From Hyphomicrobiales bacterium (lineage in GTDB: Bacteria; Pseudomonadota; Alphaproteobacteria; Rhizobiales; Aestuariivirgaceae): a stretch of DNA of 39,001 bases. Below are positions 7,261 through 16,365 of this stretch, piece by piece. Position 1 is the first letter of the stretch. Each line of letters starts with the position of its first letter. The notes below the pieces were generated by a model. It made no database searches. It had not been told where the DNA came from and saw only the letters and a list, made by a program, of their open reading frames with translations. The DNA lies in NCBI GenBank assembly GCA_045802365.1, contig JBJMRA010000067.1, forward strand, positions 1 to 39,001. Direction: 5' to 3'. The translations under genes were made by a program, and so were the position numbers.

Positions 7261-8262
7261 ATGCAGGACAGGCCGGACATCCAGTTCAATCAGCCCGTGT
7301 CGGGGCTCGTGACCCCCCGCTTCGGCGGTATCGCCACCTTCATGCGCCTTCCGCATGTCCGGCTGGAAGACGCCCAGAACGTCGATATCGGGCTTATCGG
7401 CGTACCGTGGGATGGCGGCACCACCAATCGGCCAGGCCCGCGGCATGGTCCGCGGCAGATGCGCGACCAGTCGTCGATGGTGCGCCGCATGCACCAGACA
7501 TTTCAAATCAATCCCTATGAACTCGCGAACTGCGCCGATCTCGGCGATTGCCCCGTCAACCCCGCGAACGTCGATGACGGGCTGAAGCGGGTCGAGACCT
7601 ATTTCAAGACGCTCGTCGGCAGGGGCATCCGCCCGCTTTCGGCGGGGGGCGATCATCTCTGCTCATTGCCGATCTTGCGGGCCGTGGGCGAGAAACGGCC
7701 GGTTGGCATGATTCATTTCGATGCCCATACCGATCTCTATGACGGCTATTTCGGTGGCTTCAAGTACACGCACGGCACTCCCTTCCGCCGCGCCATCGAG
7801 GAAGGCGTGCTCGATCCCAAGCGCACCGTGCAAATCGGCCTGCGCGGCTCGATGTACGATCTCGACGATTTCGAGTTCGGCCAGAAGGTGGGCGTCCGCC
7901 TCATCAGGATCGAGGAGGCGATGGAAAAGGGCCCAGCCAAGATCATGGAAGAAGCGCGCCGGATCGTCGGCGATCAGCCGATTTATGTGAGCTTCGACAT
8001 CGACATGCTCGATCCGGTCTATGCGCCGGGCACGGGCACCCCCGAAGTCGGCGGCTTCACAACCTTCCAGGCGCAGCAGATGTTGAGGGCTCTGCGCGGA
8101 CTCAACATCATGGGCGCGGACGTCGTCGAGGTTTCGCCGCCGTTCGATCCCTCGGGGCTCACCGCCTATGCCGGCGTCACCATGATGTTCGAGCTCCTGT
8201 GCTCGATGGCGGAGGACGTCGCTCGCCGGCGCAAGGCGCCGGTCAGTTCAGCCCGCGGGTGA
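7261..8262 (+). CDS. ureohydrolase of the agmatinase/guanidinobutyrase family
   Basis: 333-aa ORF with the arginase-fold Mn-binding motifs: GGDHLCSLPILRA, HFDAHTDLYD, YVSFDIDMLDPVYAPGTGTPEVGGF. The substrate (agmatine versus another guanidino acid or amine) cannot be decided by eye. Confidence 0.85.
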   Translation: MQDRPDIQFNQPVSGLVTPRFGGIATFMRLPHVRLEDAQNVDIGLIGVPWDGGTTNRPGPRHGPRQMRDQSSMVRRMHQTFQINPYELANCADLGDCPVNPANVDDGLKRVETYFKTLVGRGIRPLSAGGDHLCSLPILRAVGEKRPVGMIHFDAHTDLYDGYFGGFKYTHGTPFRRAIEEGVLDPKRTVQIGLRGSMYDLDDFEFGQKVGVRLIRIEEAMEKGPAKIMEEARRIVGDQPIYVSFDIDMLDPVYAPGTGTPEVGGFTTFQAQQMLRALRGLNIMGADVVEVSPPFDPSGLTAYAGVTMMFELLCSMAEDVARRRKAPVSSARG

Positions 8263-9049
8263 ACAGTCGGCCCCATTGCGGCATCGCGTCGCCGACGCCG
8301 GCGAGGCGCAAAGCATGCCACGCCATCGCATGATTGGACGAGGTGACCGGAATGCCGATCTCGGCCTCGATCGCAGCCGCGGCTTCGGCAAGGCGGACGG
8401 AGGTGCACGAGACGAAAACGGCATCGACCTTCGCCGACCCGAGTATGGTCGTCACTCCCGCCTTGATCGACGCGGGCGTGATGCGCGCGACGACGCCGTC
8501 GTTCTCCTCGTTGAACGAGCCGAAGACCGGCACGGTGAAGCCGCGCGCCGTGATATAGGCCGCGACGATCCGGTTCACGTCGGCGCGATAAGGTGTGAGA
8601 ACGCCGATGCGCTTGGCGCCGAGCGCGTGGAACGCCGCGAAGGCGGCGGTGATCGGGGTGGTGCACCTAGCCTTCGGCCTCACCGAGCGGATCTTCTCGA
8701 ACACCTTCTCCTCGCCGATCGCCATCGAAGCGGAGGTGCAACCATAAGCGATGACGTCGAGATCGGAGCCGGGCAGGATCAGGTCGGCGGCCGTTGTTAT
8801 CCGCGGCTCCATCGCCCGAAGCGTTTCCGGGGTGATCTGCTGATCGTTGAATATGCGGCTCTCATAGAGTGCGACACCGGCGAGCGGCGTCATGATCTGG
8901 CGCCATTCATGCTCGATCGTGTAGTCGGTGGCGAGCACGATGAGCCCGATTCGTGCCCTCGATGCGATGCCCCGGTCGGTGTCGAAGGGAAGATGTTCGA
9001 TCAGCAGCGTATCGTCGCTGGGCGTGAGATTGCGGACGGCTTCGTTCAT
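8243..9049 (-). CDS. Asp/Glu-racemase superfamily protein, maleate cis-trans isomerase-like
   Basis: Start taken at MNEAVRNL (ATG at 9049); the 381-aa track ORF has an Arg-rich, non-protein-like N-terminal extension. Both family Cys motifs are present: VIAYGCTSASMAIG and VFVSCTSVRL. Confidence 0.75.
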   Translation of the reverse strand: MNEAVRNLTPSDDTLLIEHLPFDTDRGIASRARIGLIVLATDYTIEHEWRQIMTPLAGVALYESRIFNDQQITPETLRAMEPRITTAADLILPGSDLDVIAYGCTSASMAIGEEKVFEKIRSVRPKARCTTPITAAFAAFHALGAKRIGVLTPYRADVNRIVAAYITARGFTVPVFGSFNEENDGVVARITPASIKAGVTTILGSAKVDAVFVSCTSVRLAEAAAAIEAEIGIPVTSSNHAMAWHALRLAGVGDAMPQWGRLFTRGLN

Positions 9050-9153
9050 GGGAGGATCCTCGGCTGATCTCCGATTATTTACCAGAGATCCGGCGCCTCC
9101 CATATAGCCCGTCGGCCCACCCTTTCCTGAGGGCGGCCGATTGGGTCCGCGAG

Positions 9154-10731
9154 TTGCGCGGGGCCAAGCATTCGCTTCTGGCCCTCGCAGCGGGAGGACT
9201 CGCGGCATTCTCGATGCCGCCATTCGACGTCTGGCCGGTTCTTTTCGTGTCCCTCCCTCTCCTCGTCTGGATAAGCGAGGCGGATCGCGGCTGGCGATCG
9301 TCCTTCTTCGCCGGATGGTTGTTCGGGCTCGGCTATTTCGGCGTGTGCTTCTATTGGGTGGGCGTCGCCTTTCTCGTCGATGCCGCAACCTATCTTTGGA
9401 TGATGCCCTTCATGGTCGGGGCGCTGGCGGGCGGGATGGCCGTCTACTGGGGCCTCGCGGTTCTGGCGTCCTCACGGGTGGTCCGGATCGGTTATTCCGG
9501 GTATTTCGCGCTGCCGATCGCGCTCGCGATAGCGGAGTGGCTCAGAGGCCATCTCTTCACCGGGTTTCCTTGGACCGCGCCGGGCCTGGCGGCCATCGGC
9601 ATGGGTGGCCTCGCTCAGCTCGCGTCGCTCATCGGCATGCCGGGGCTGACGTTTCTCATCTGCCTATGGGCATGCCTGCCCGCAATGCTCGGTGAACGCC
9701 GCGTCTCCCGCCCCGCATGGGCGTGCGCGGCCGGTTTCATCCTCATCCTAGCCGCGGGCTGGGCCTACGGGGGGTGGCGCCTAGCCCAGCCGGACCCGCC
9801 GGCGAACGATGCCGTCCGCCTACGGATCGTCCAGCCCGACATACCGCAGGACGCCAAGTGGCGGGCCGGCAACGCGGGCGCGATCTTCGATAGCCTGGCG
9901 AATTTGTCGCAGACGGTCACCGCTGCGGCCCCGCGCGGCATAAGCGACTTTACCCATGTGATCTGGCCGGAAAGCGCGGTGCCGATCTATCTCGCCGAAA
10001 ACGAGGCGGCGCTCGAGCGCATCGACGACCTCCTTCCTGACGGCACGACGCTCATCACCGGTGCACTCAGGCGCGATCCGGTGAAGGTCGATACAGAGGG
10101 CCGGCCGGAAGTCTACAACAGCATTCTCGGTTTCGGTTCCGATGCAAACGTCGTCGCGGTCTATGACAAATGGCGGCTCGTCCCCGGCGGCGAGTTCCTG
10201 CCCTTCGGATCGATCCTCGAGCCGCTCGGATTCCGCAAGGTGGTGACCGTTCCAGGCAGCTTCGCCGCCGGCAACGGTCCCAAGACCGTCGATCTGCCGG
10301 GTGCGCCGCCCGCGGGCATGCTCATCTGCTACGAGGCGATCTTTCCCGACCGGCTCATCAATGAAAGCCGACGGCCGCAGTGGCTCATCAACGTCACCAA
10401 TGACGGCTGGTTCGGCAAGTCGACCGGTCCCTATCAGCATCTCGCGCAAGCGCGGATGCGCGCCATCGAGCAGGGGCTTCCCTTGGTGCGCGCCGCCAAC
10501 ACCGGTGTTTCGGCGATCATCGATGCGAAGGGGCGAGTCCTGACGAAGATCGAACTCGGGCAGCGAGGGGTGCTTGATTCGGCTCTGCCCGCGGCTCTTC
10601 CCTCCACCCCCTATTCCCGATATGGTGACTGGCTCTTACTGGCGCTGCTCGCGACCATCGGCGGATGCATGCTGCTCCTGCGCGGCCCCCTAAATCCAGA
10701 CTTTTGCGTTGAAAGACGCAGAAGGGTATAA
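9154..10731 (+). CDS. lnt: apolipoprotein N-acyltransferase
   Basis: 525-aa ORF with a TTG start. Multi-TM N-terminal half, then a CN-hydrolase domain (RIVQPDIPQDAKW..., VIWPESAVP, KWRLVPGGEFLPF, MLICYEAIFP). Confidence 0.9.
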   Translation: MRGAKHSLLALAAGGLAAFSMPPFDVWPVLFVSLPLLVWISEADRGWRSSFFAGWLFGLGYFGVCFYWVGVAFLVDAATYLWMMPFMVGALAGGMAVYWGLAVLASSRVVRIGYSGYFALPIALAIAEWLRGHLFTGFPWTAPGLAAIGMGGLAQLASLIGMPGLTFLICLWACLPAMLGERRVSRPAWACAAGFILILAAGWAYGGWRLAQPDPPANDAVRLRIVQPDIPQDAKWRAGNAGAIFDSLANLSQTVTAAAPRGISDFTHVIWPESAVPIYLAENEAALERIDDLLPDGTTLITGALRRDPVKVDTEGRPEVYNSILGFGSDANVVAVYDKWRLVPGGEFLPFGSILEPLGFRKVVTVPGSFAAGNGPKTVDLPGAPPAGMLICYEAIFPDRLINESRRPQWLINVTNDGWFGKSTGPYQHLAQARMRAIEQGLPLVRAANTGVSAIIDAKGRVLTKIELGQRGVLDSALPAALPSTPYSRYGDWLLLALLATIGGCMLLLRGPLNPDFCVERRRRV

Positions 10732-10732
10732 T
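10704..10732 (+). promoter_or_regulatory. sigma70-type promoter candidate for the XRE regulator gene, overlapping the lnt stop codon
   Basis: TTGCGT (10704-10709), a 17-nt spacer, then TATAAT (10727-10732), in a locally AT-rich patch. This would give a ~100-nt leader. Confidence 0.4.
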
Positions 10733-10843
10733 AGAGTAAAATATGACTCTCGTTCGGCGGATGCTACGGTGGGTGTCTCCGCCGCAGCCAAGAACACAAA
10801 GATGATCAAAGCCGACAGACCGGGGGCAGACGGTCTGACCAGA

Positions 10844-11251
10844 ATGACGAAAAGAGATCCGAACTTCGTGGACCGCCATGTGGGAAACCGCATGCGCATG
10901 CGACGGCTGTTGATCGGCATGAGCCAGGAGAAGCTGGGCGAGCTCCTCGGTATAACGTTTCAGCAGGTCCAGAAATACGAGAAGGGCTCGAACCGGGTAA
11001 GCGCCAGCCGTCTCTACAATGTCGCCAAGGTGCTGGGCGTGCCGGTTCAATACTTCTTCGATGAGTTGCAAGGCGACCAAGCGGCGGCCATGGGCTTCGC
11101 GGAGTCTCAGGGCGCCGATGTAATTTCGGGCGCGCTCCAATCGCCCGAGGGCGTTCAACTCGCGCGAATCTTCAGCGGCACGACCGATCCCGAGAAACGC
11201 AAGCTCATCATCAATACCGCGCGGGCGATCTCGGGGTTCAAAGGCTCTTGA
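10844..11251 (+). CDS. XRE-family helix-turn-helix transcriptional regulator (conserved neighbour of metK in Rhizobiales-type genomes)
   Basis: HTH region RMRMRRLLIGMSQEKLGELLGITFQQVQKYEKGSNRVSASRLYNVAKVLGVPVQYFF. Start placed at MTKRDPNFVD; in-frame alternatives are the ATG at 10802 and the TTG at 10709. Confidence 0.85.
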   Translation: MTKRDPNFVDRHVGNRMRMRRLLIGMSQEKLGELLGITFQQVQKYEKGSNRVSASRLYNVAKVLGVPVQYFFDELQGDQAAAMGFAESQGADVISGALQSPEGVQLARIFSGTTDPEKRKLIINTARAISGFKGS

Positions 11252-11362
11252 GCGGGCGCGTTCGGCTTGACCGGTCTCGGTAACCCTGCCAGAACCGCGA
11301 CCTTGATCAGGCGGCGGGAGTGGCGCCGCCGTTCGACGTAAGCGGAGCGGGAAATCGGCCTC

Positions 11363-12556
11363 ATGGCGCGCAAGAACTATCTCTTCACAAGCGAGTCAGT
11401 ATCGGAGGGCCACCCCGACAAGGTCTGCGACCGCATCTCCGACGAGATCGTGGACCTCTTCTATCGCGAGTCGGCCAAGAACGGCATGGATCCGCATAAC
11501 GTGAGAGTGGCCTGCGAGACGCTGTGCACGACGAACAGGGTCGTCATCGCCGGCGAATATCGCGGGCCCAAGCACGTCACGCACGAGATGATCACCGACA
11601 CGGCGCGGAGAGCGATCAAGGATATCGGCTACGAACAGGACGGCTTCCATTGGAAACATGCAAGCGTCGAAGTCCTATTGCATAGTCAATCGGCGGATAT
11701 CGCCCAAGGCGTCGATGCGGCGGGCAACAAGGATGTCGGCGCAGGCGATCAAGGGATCATGTTCGGCTATGCCTGCGACGAAACGCCCGAACTGATGCCG
11801 GCGCCCATCTATTACGCGCACAACATCCTTGGGCGTCTCTCGGATGCGCGGCGCGACGGCGGCGAGGCGAGACTCGGCCCCGACGCCAAGAGCCAAGTGA
11901 CTATCCAATACAAGGACGGCAAGGCGGTCGGGGCGACCCAGATCGTGGTTTCGCACCAGCACCTCGATGAGGACCTCACCTCCGATGATGTGCGCGCAAT
12001 CATTGAGCCCTATGTCCGCAAGGCATTGCCCGAGGGCTGGATCAAGGAGGACACCGTCTGGCACGTGAACCCGACGGGCAAGTTCTTCATCGGTGGGCCC
12101 GACGGGGATTGCGGACTTACGGGGCGCAAGATCATCGTCGACACCTACGGCGGTGCGGCTCCGCACGGTGGGGGCGCTTTTTCGGGCAAGGATCCGACCA
12201 AGGTCGACCGCTCGGCCGCCTATGCGGCGCGCTATCTCGCCAAGAATGTTGTCGCGGCGGGCCTCGCCAGGCGCTGCACGATCCAACTCTCCTATGCGAT
12301 CGGCGTCTCGAAGCCACTGTCGATCTACGTCGATTTCCACGAAACCGGCAACGTCGAGGAGCGCCGGCTCGAGGCGACGATCGGCGATGTCATGGATCTG
12401 AGCCCCCGCGGGATCAGGGAGCATCTCGGCCTCAACCGGCCGATCTATGCGCGCACCTCCTCCTACGGCCACTTCGGGCGTAAGCCCGACGCCGACGGCG
12501 GCTTTTCGTGGGAGAGAACCGACCTCGCCGACGCGATCAAGTCTGCGGTGAAGTGA
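11363..12556 (+). CDS. metK: S-adenosylmethionine synthetase
   Basis: 397-aa ORF with hallmark motifs: [73 protein letters not shown]. Confidence 0.97.
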   Translation: MARKNYLFTSESVSEGHPDKVCDRISDEIVDLFYRESAKNGMDPHNVRVACETLCTTNRVVIAGEYRGPKHVTHEMITDTARRAIKDIGYEQDGFHWKHASVEVLLHSQSADIAQGVDAAGNKDVGAGDQGIMFGYACDETPELMPAPIYYAHNILGRLSDARRDGGEARLGPDAKSQVTIQYKDGKAVGATQIVVSHQHLDEDLTSDDVRAIIEPYVRKALPEGWIKEDTVWHVNPTGKFFIGGPDGDCGLTGRKIIVDTYGGAAPHGGGAFSGKDPTKVDRSAAYAARYLAKNVVAAGLARRCTIQLSYAIGVSKPLSIYVDFHETGNVEERRLEATIGDVMDLSPRGIREHLGLNRPIYARTSSYGHFGRKPDADGGFSWERTDLADAIKSAVK

Positions 12557-13212
12557 CGCGCGTAGAGCCGCGCCACCAGCTTTACGGCCGCCGCAAGGGC
12601 CACGCGCTTCGCGCGCACCACGCCAGGCTCCTCGAGAGCCTGCTGCCGCAGCTACGCGTCGATCCGCCGTCCATCGCGCGAGCCTCGACTGCATGGCTCG
12701 AGATCGGTTTCGGAGGCGGCGAGCATCTCGCGCGTCAAGCGAGCCTTCATCCGGAAGTATGTTTCATCGGGGCCGAGCCGTTCGTGAACGGCGTGGCCAA
12801 GCTCCTGGCGTTGATCGAAGTCAGGGGCTTGCGCAATGTGCGTATCCATGACGGCGACGCTCGGGTGCTTCTCGAGACGCTGCCCGACCGCGCGCTCGAT
12901 CGCATCTACCTGCTCTATCCTGATCCGTGGCCCAAGGCGCGGCACCATAAGCGGCGGCTGGTCAGTGCGGCGAGCCTCGCCGAGTTCCAGCGTGTCCTTA
13001 AGCCGCGCGGTCTTTTCCTGTTCGCCAGCGATTGGCCGGACTACATGTCATGGACGCTGTTCGAAGTCGGGAGGCACGGCGGCTTCTTCTGGCTGGCCGA
13101 GCGGCCTTGTGACTGGCGATTGCCGTTTCCGGACTGGGTCGAGACGCGCTACGAAGCGAAGGCAAAACGCGAGGGCCGTACCCCGGTCTATCTTGCGTTC
13201 GAACGGGTATGA
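12508..13212 (+). CDS. trmB: tRNA (guanine46-N7)-methyltransferase
   Basis: [51 protein letters not shown]. The start is uncertain: either the GTG at 12508, or the in-frame GTG at 12553 that overlaps the metK stop codon (GTGA). Confidence 0.9.
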   Translation: MGENRPRRRDQVCGEVTRVEPRHQLYGRRKGHALRAHHARLLESLLPQLRVDPPSIARASTAWLEIGFGGGEHLARQASLHPEVCFIGAEPFVNGVAKLLALIEVRGLRNVRIHDGDARVLLETLPDRALDRIYLLYPDPWPKARHHKRRLVSAASLAEFQRVLKPRGLFLFASDWPDYMSWTLFEVGRHGGFFWLAERPCDWRLPFPDWVETRYEAKAKREGRTPVYLAFERV

Positions 13213-13892
13213 GGGCCGGGAGACCGGACGTGCATGGGCTCGTGATATTCGATTGCGACGGCGTACTTATCGACAGCGAGGCATTGAGCTGCGAGGTTCT
13301 CATCGAGGAACTCGCCCGCGAGGGGATCCCGGTCGACCGCGAATATGTTTTCAAGGAATGCATCGGTCACAGCTTCCCGGCCGTGGCACAGAAGATCGGA
13401 GCGTCATTCGGAAGAGTCATTCCGCAAGGTTTCGAGGCGCGCTACCGGGAAACGCTTCTCCGCCGCTTCGACGGGGCACTCCAGCCCACGCCTGGGGTGA
13501 GGCACGTTCTCGAAAATCTTGCCGCTCCCTACTGTATCGCTACGAGCAGCGGCAAAGAGCGCGCGGAATGTTCGCTCGCCGGTGCCGGATTGGCTGACCC
13601 TAAGGTTCCGCTCTTCACAGCTTCGATGGTGGCTCATGGGAAGCCCGCTCCCGATCTCTTCCTGTTCGCCGCCGCTCAAATGGGCGTTTCACCATCGAGT
13701 TGCCTCGTCCTCGAAGACAGCTTGGCGGGAATCGCGGCCGCGCGCGCGGCCGGCATGGAGGTGTGGCGCTATCGGGGGGGCGGCCATTTCGACCTCGGTT
13801 TCGGCCGGGACGATCACGACCTAGCGCACGGACACCTCTCGAGATGGGCGGATTTCTTCTCCGCCTTCCCTCATCTTCACCGTCGCCCATAG
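13209..13892 (+). CDS. HAD-superfamily hydrolase, subfamily IA (phosphatase/beta-phosphoglucomutase-like)
   Basis: HAD motifs I-IV are present: VIFDCDGVLIDSE, IATSSGKE, HGKPAPDLF, LVLEDSLAGIAAARAAGM. The start codon overlaps the trmB stop codon (ATGA). Confidence 0.85.
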   Translation: MRAGRPDVHGLVIFDCDGVLIDSEALSCEVLIEELAREGIPVDREYVFKECIGHSFPAVAQKIGASFGRVIPQGFEARYRETLLRRFDGALQPTPGVRHVLENLAAPYCIATSSGKERAECSLAGAGLADPKVPLFTASMVAHGKPAPDLFLFAAAQMGVSPSSCLVLEDSLAGIAAARAAGMEVWRYRGGGHFDLGFGRDDHDLAHGHLSRWADFFSAFPHLHRRP

Positions 13893-13912
13893 ATTGATTA
13901 TAGCGCCGGGGG

Positions 13913-14866
13913 ATGGCACGGAAGACCGATACGGACGCGAACCGGCTCGATGAGGCCGCGCGTGCGGGATGGCTCTACTACATCGCCGGCAACACTCAGG
14001 ACGAGGTCGCGGCAAAGCTCGGCGTCTCGCGGCAGACCGCACAGCGGCTCGTTTCGCTGGCGGTCAGCGAAAGGCTGATCAAGGTCAGGCTCGATCACCC
14101 GATCGCGCATTGCCTCGATCTTTCGAAGCGCTTGAGGGAGGAGCATGCGCTTCGGCTCTGCGAAGTCGTTCCAGCCGATCCCGCTTCTCAATCGAGCACG
14201 CTCGGCGTCGCCGAGGCCGCGGCGGCCGAGCTCGAGCGGCATCTCGCATCGCATCATCCGATCATCGTCGCGCTTGGCACCGGCCGCACGCTGAAAGCCG
14301 TCGTTTCGCAGCTGCCGCCCATGGATTGCCCGCAGCACAGGATCGTATCGCTCGTCGGCAACATCGCTCCCGACGGATCGGCATCCTTCTATGATATCAT
14401 CATGAGGATCGGCGATACGGTGAGAGCGCCGCACTACCCGATGCCTATCCCGGTGATCGCGAGCACGGTCCATGAGCGCGAATTGTTGCTCGCCCAGAAG
14501 CCGGTCCGCAACGTGGTCGACCTCGCCCAACAGGCCGATCTGACGCTCGTCGGCATCGGCCAGCTCGGCGATCAGGCGCCACTTCTGCAGGACGGCTTCA
14601 TCAATCGCGACGAGATGCGGGGGCTTCTCAAGGCCGGGGCGGTCGGCGAGATCGTCGGTTGGGCATTCGACAAAGACGGGGCCTTCATCGAAGGCGCGAC
14701 CAACGACCGGGTCGCGAGCGTGCGGCTGCAACAACCGGCCGAGCGCTTCGTCCTCGGGGTGGCCATGGGCAAAGCGAAGCGCCCGGCGATCGAGGGCGCG
14801 CTGCGCGGGCGCCTCATCAATGGGCTCATCACCAACGAGACCACGGCCGAGCTCCTGCTCAAGTAA
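13913..14866 (+). CDS. SorC/DeoR-type sugar-binding transcriptional regulator (likely regulator of the adjacent polyol operon)
   Basis: N-terminal HTH (GNTQDEVAAKLGVSRQTAQRLV) plus a C-terminal SorC sugar-phosphate-binding-type domain (LGTGRTL, LVGIGQLG, GEIVGWAFDKDG). Confidence 0.85.
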   Translation: MARKTDTDANRLDEAARAGWLYYIAGNTQDEVAAKLGVSRQTAQRLVSLAVSERLIKVRLDHPIAHCLDLSKRLREEHALRLCEVVPADPASQSSTLGVAEAAAAELERHLASHHPIIVALGTGRTLKAVVSQLPPMDCPQHRIVSLVGNIAPDGSASFYDIIMRIGDTVRAPHYPMPIPVIASTVHERELLLAQKPVRNVVDLAQQADLTLVGIGQLGDQAPLLQDGFINRDEMRGLLKAGAVGEIVGWAFDKDGAFIEGATNDRVASVRLQQPAERFVLGVAMGKAKRPAIEGALRGRLINGLITNETTAELLLK

Positions 14867-14974
14867 GGCTGCTCGTGTTGCGGTGCAGCGACGAATCTAC
14901 CTTGACGCGACTATGCTCAGTTGAGAGTATTTGCTCTAACGATTAGCAAAAGCTCAGACACAGGGAGATTATCC

Positions 14975-16294
14975 ATGAAGGCGGTTTTTCGTCTTGCCTT
15001 GAGTGTTGCCGCGCTGGCGGTCGTTTCCGCAGTTCCCGCGCTTGCCGAGACCAAGCTCACGATCGCCACCGTCAACAATGGCGACATGATCCGCATGCAG
15101 GGACTGACCGACGATTTCAAGTCCATGAACCCCGACATCGATGTGCAGTGGGTGACGCTCGAAGAGAACGTCCTGCGGCAAAAGGTGACGACGGATATCG
15201 CCACCAAAGCCGGCCAGTTCGACGTACTGACGATCGGCACCTACGAGGTTCCGATCTGGAGCAAGAAGGGGTGGCTCGTGCCGCTCGACAATCTGGGCGC
15301 CGACTACGATGTCGACGACCTGCTCCCCGCGATCCGCGCCGGCCTCACCGTCGACGGCAAGCTCTATGCGGCCCCGTTCTATGGCGAGAGCTCGATGATC
15401 ATGTACCGGAAGGATCTGTTCGACAAGGCAGGGCTAAAGATGCCGGATGCCCCGACTTGGGACTTCGTCGCCGATGCGGCGCGCGAGATCAATGATCCCT
15501 CGACCGAGACCTACGGCATCTGCCTACGCGGCAAGGCCGGCTGGGGCGAGAACATGGCGTTCCTCACCGCGACGGCCAACTCGTTCGGCGCGCGCTGGTT
15601 CGACGAGAGCTGGAAGCCGCAGTTCGATCAGCCCGAGTGGAAAAACACGCTCGATTCCTACGTCAAGCTCATGAAGGACGCCGGACCTCCGGGCGCATCA
15701 TCCAACGGGTTCAACGAGAATCTCGCACTCTTCAATGCCGGCAAGTGCGGCATGTGGATCGACGCGACCGTCGCCGCTTCTTTCGTGACCAACCCCAAGG
15801 AATCGAAGGTCGCCGACAAGGTCGGTTTCGCGCTCGCTCCGGATACGGGCAAGGGCAAGCGCGGCAACTGGCTGTGGGCCTGGTCGCTCGCCATTCCGGC
15901 CGGGACTCAGAAGGCAGATGCCGCCCAGAAGTTCATCGGCTGGGCGACGGGCAAACACTATGCTGAGCTCGTGGCGTCAAAGGAGGGCTGGGCGAACGTG
16001 CCGCCTGGTACGCGCAATTCGCTCTATAACAACCCCGAATACCAGAAGGCGGCGCCGTTCGCGAAGATGACGCTCGACTCGATCAACTCGGCCGATCCGA
16101 CACACCCGACGGTGAAGCCCGTGCCCTATGTCGGCGTCCAGTTCGTGGCCATCCCCGAATTCCAAGGTATTGGCACCGCGGTCGGGCAGTTCTTCTCTGC
16201 GGCGCTTGCCGGCGACATCTCGGTCGACGAGGCGTTGAAGCGCGCCCAGGACTTCACCACCCGCGAGATGACCAAGGCCGGTTACATCAAATAG
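14975..16294 (+). CDS. ABC transporter periplasmic sugar/polyol-binding protein (SmoE-like)
   Basis: Start at MKAVFRLALSVAALAVVSAVPALA (signal peptide) with AGGGAGA 6 nt upstream. Length (~440 aa) and sequence fit a family-1 solute-binding protein. It is the first gene of a four-gene ABC importer operon. Confidence 0.9.
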   Translation: MKAVFRLALSVAALAVVSAVPALAETKLTIATVNNGDMIRMQGLTDDFKSMNPDIDVQWVTLEENVLRQKVTTDIATKAGQFDVLTIGTYEVPIWSKKGWLVPLDNLGADYDVDDLLPAIRAGLTVDGKLYAAPFYGESSMIMYRKDLFDKAGLKMPDAPTWDFVADAAREINDPSTETYGICLRGKAGWGENMAFLTATANSFGARWFDESWKPQFDQPEWKNTLDSYVKLMKDAGPPGASSNGFNENLALFNAGKCGMWIDATVAASFVTNPKESKVADKVGFALAPDTGKGKRGNWLWAWSLAIPAGTQKADAAQKFIGWATGKHYAELVASKEGWANVPPGTRNSLYNNPEYQKAAPFAKMTLDSINSADPTHPTVKPVPYVGVQFVAIPEFQGIGTAVGQFFSAALAGDISVDEALKRAQDFTTREMTKAGYIK

Positions 16295-16365
16295 AAAACG
16301 TCCTCCCTGGTGGACTTGGCTGTCCGGCTCCATGGCCGGGCAGCCTCTCCTGAAAGACAAACGTC

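Noticed and set aside
9050-9388. N-terminal 113-aa extension of the isomerase-like ORF (track start 9388)
   Set aside because: The extension is Arg-rich nonsense (MRHRRERRRPPNRSTRRNSRARTT...) and overlaps the lnt start region. The family-typical N-terminus begins at the ATG at 9049.
11252-11362. Possible SAM riboswitch upstream of metK
   Set aside because: I see only a simple 7-bp GC hairpin (GGCGGCG/CGCCGCC, 11310-11330). I could not recognise the SAM-II, SAM-V or SAM/SAH pseudoknot consensus by eye. A cmscan against Rfam would be needed to exclude one formally.
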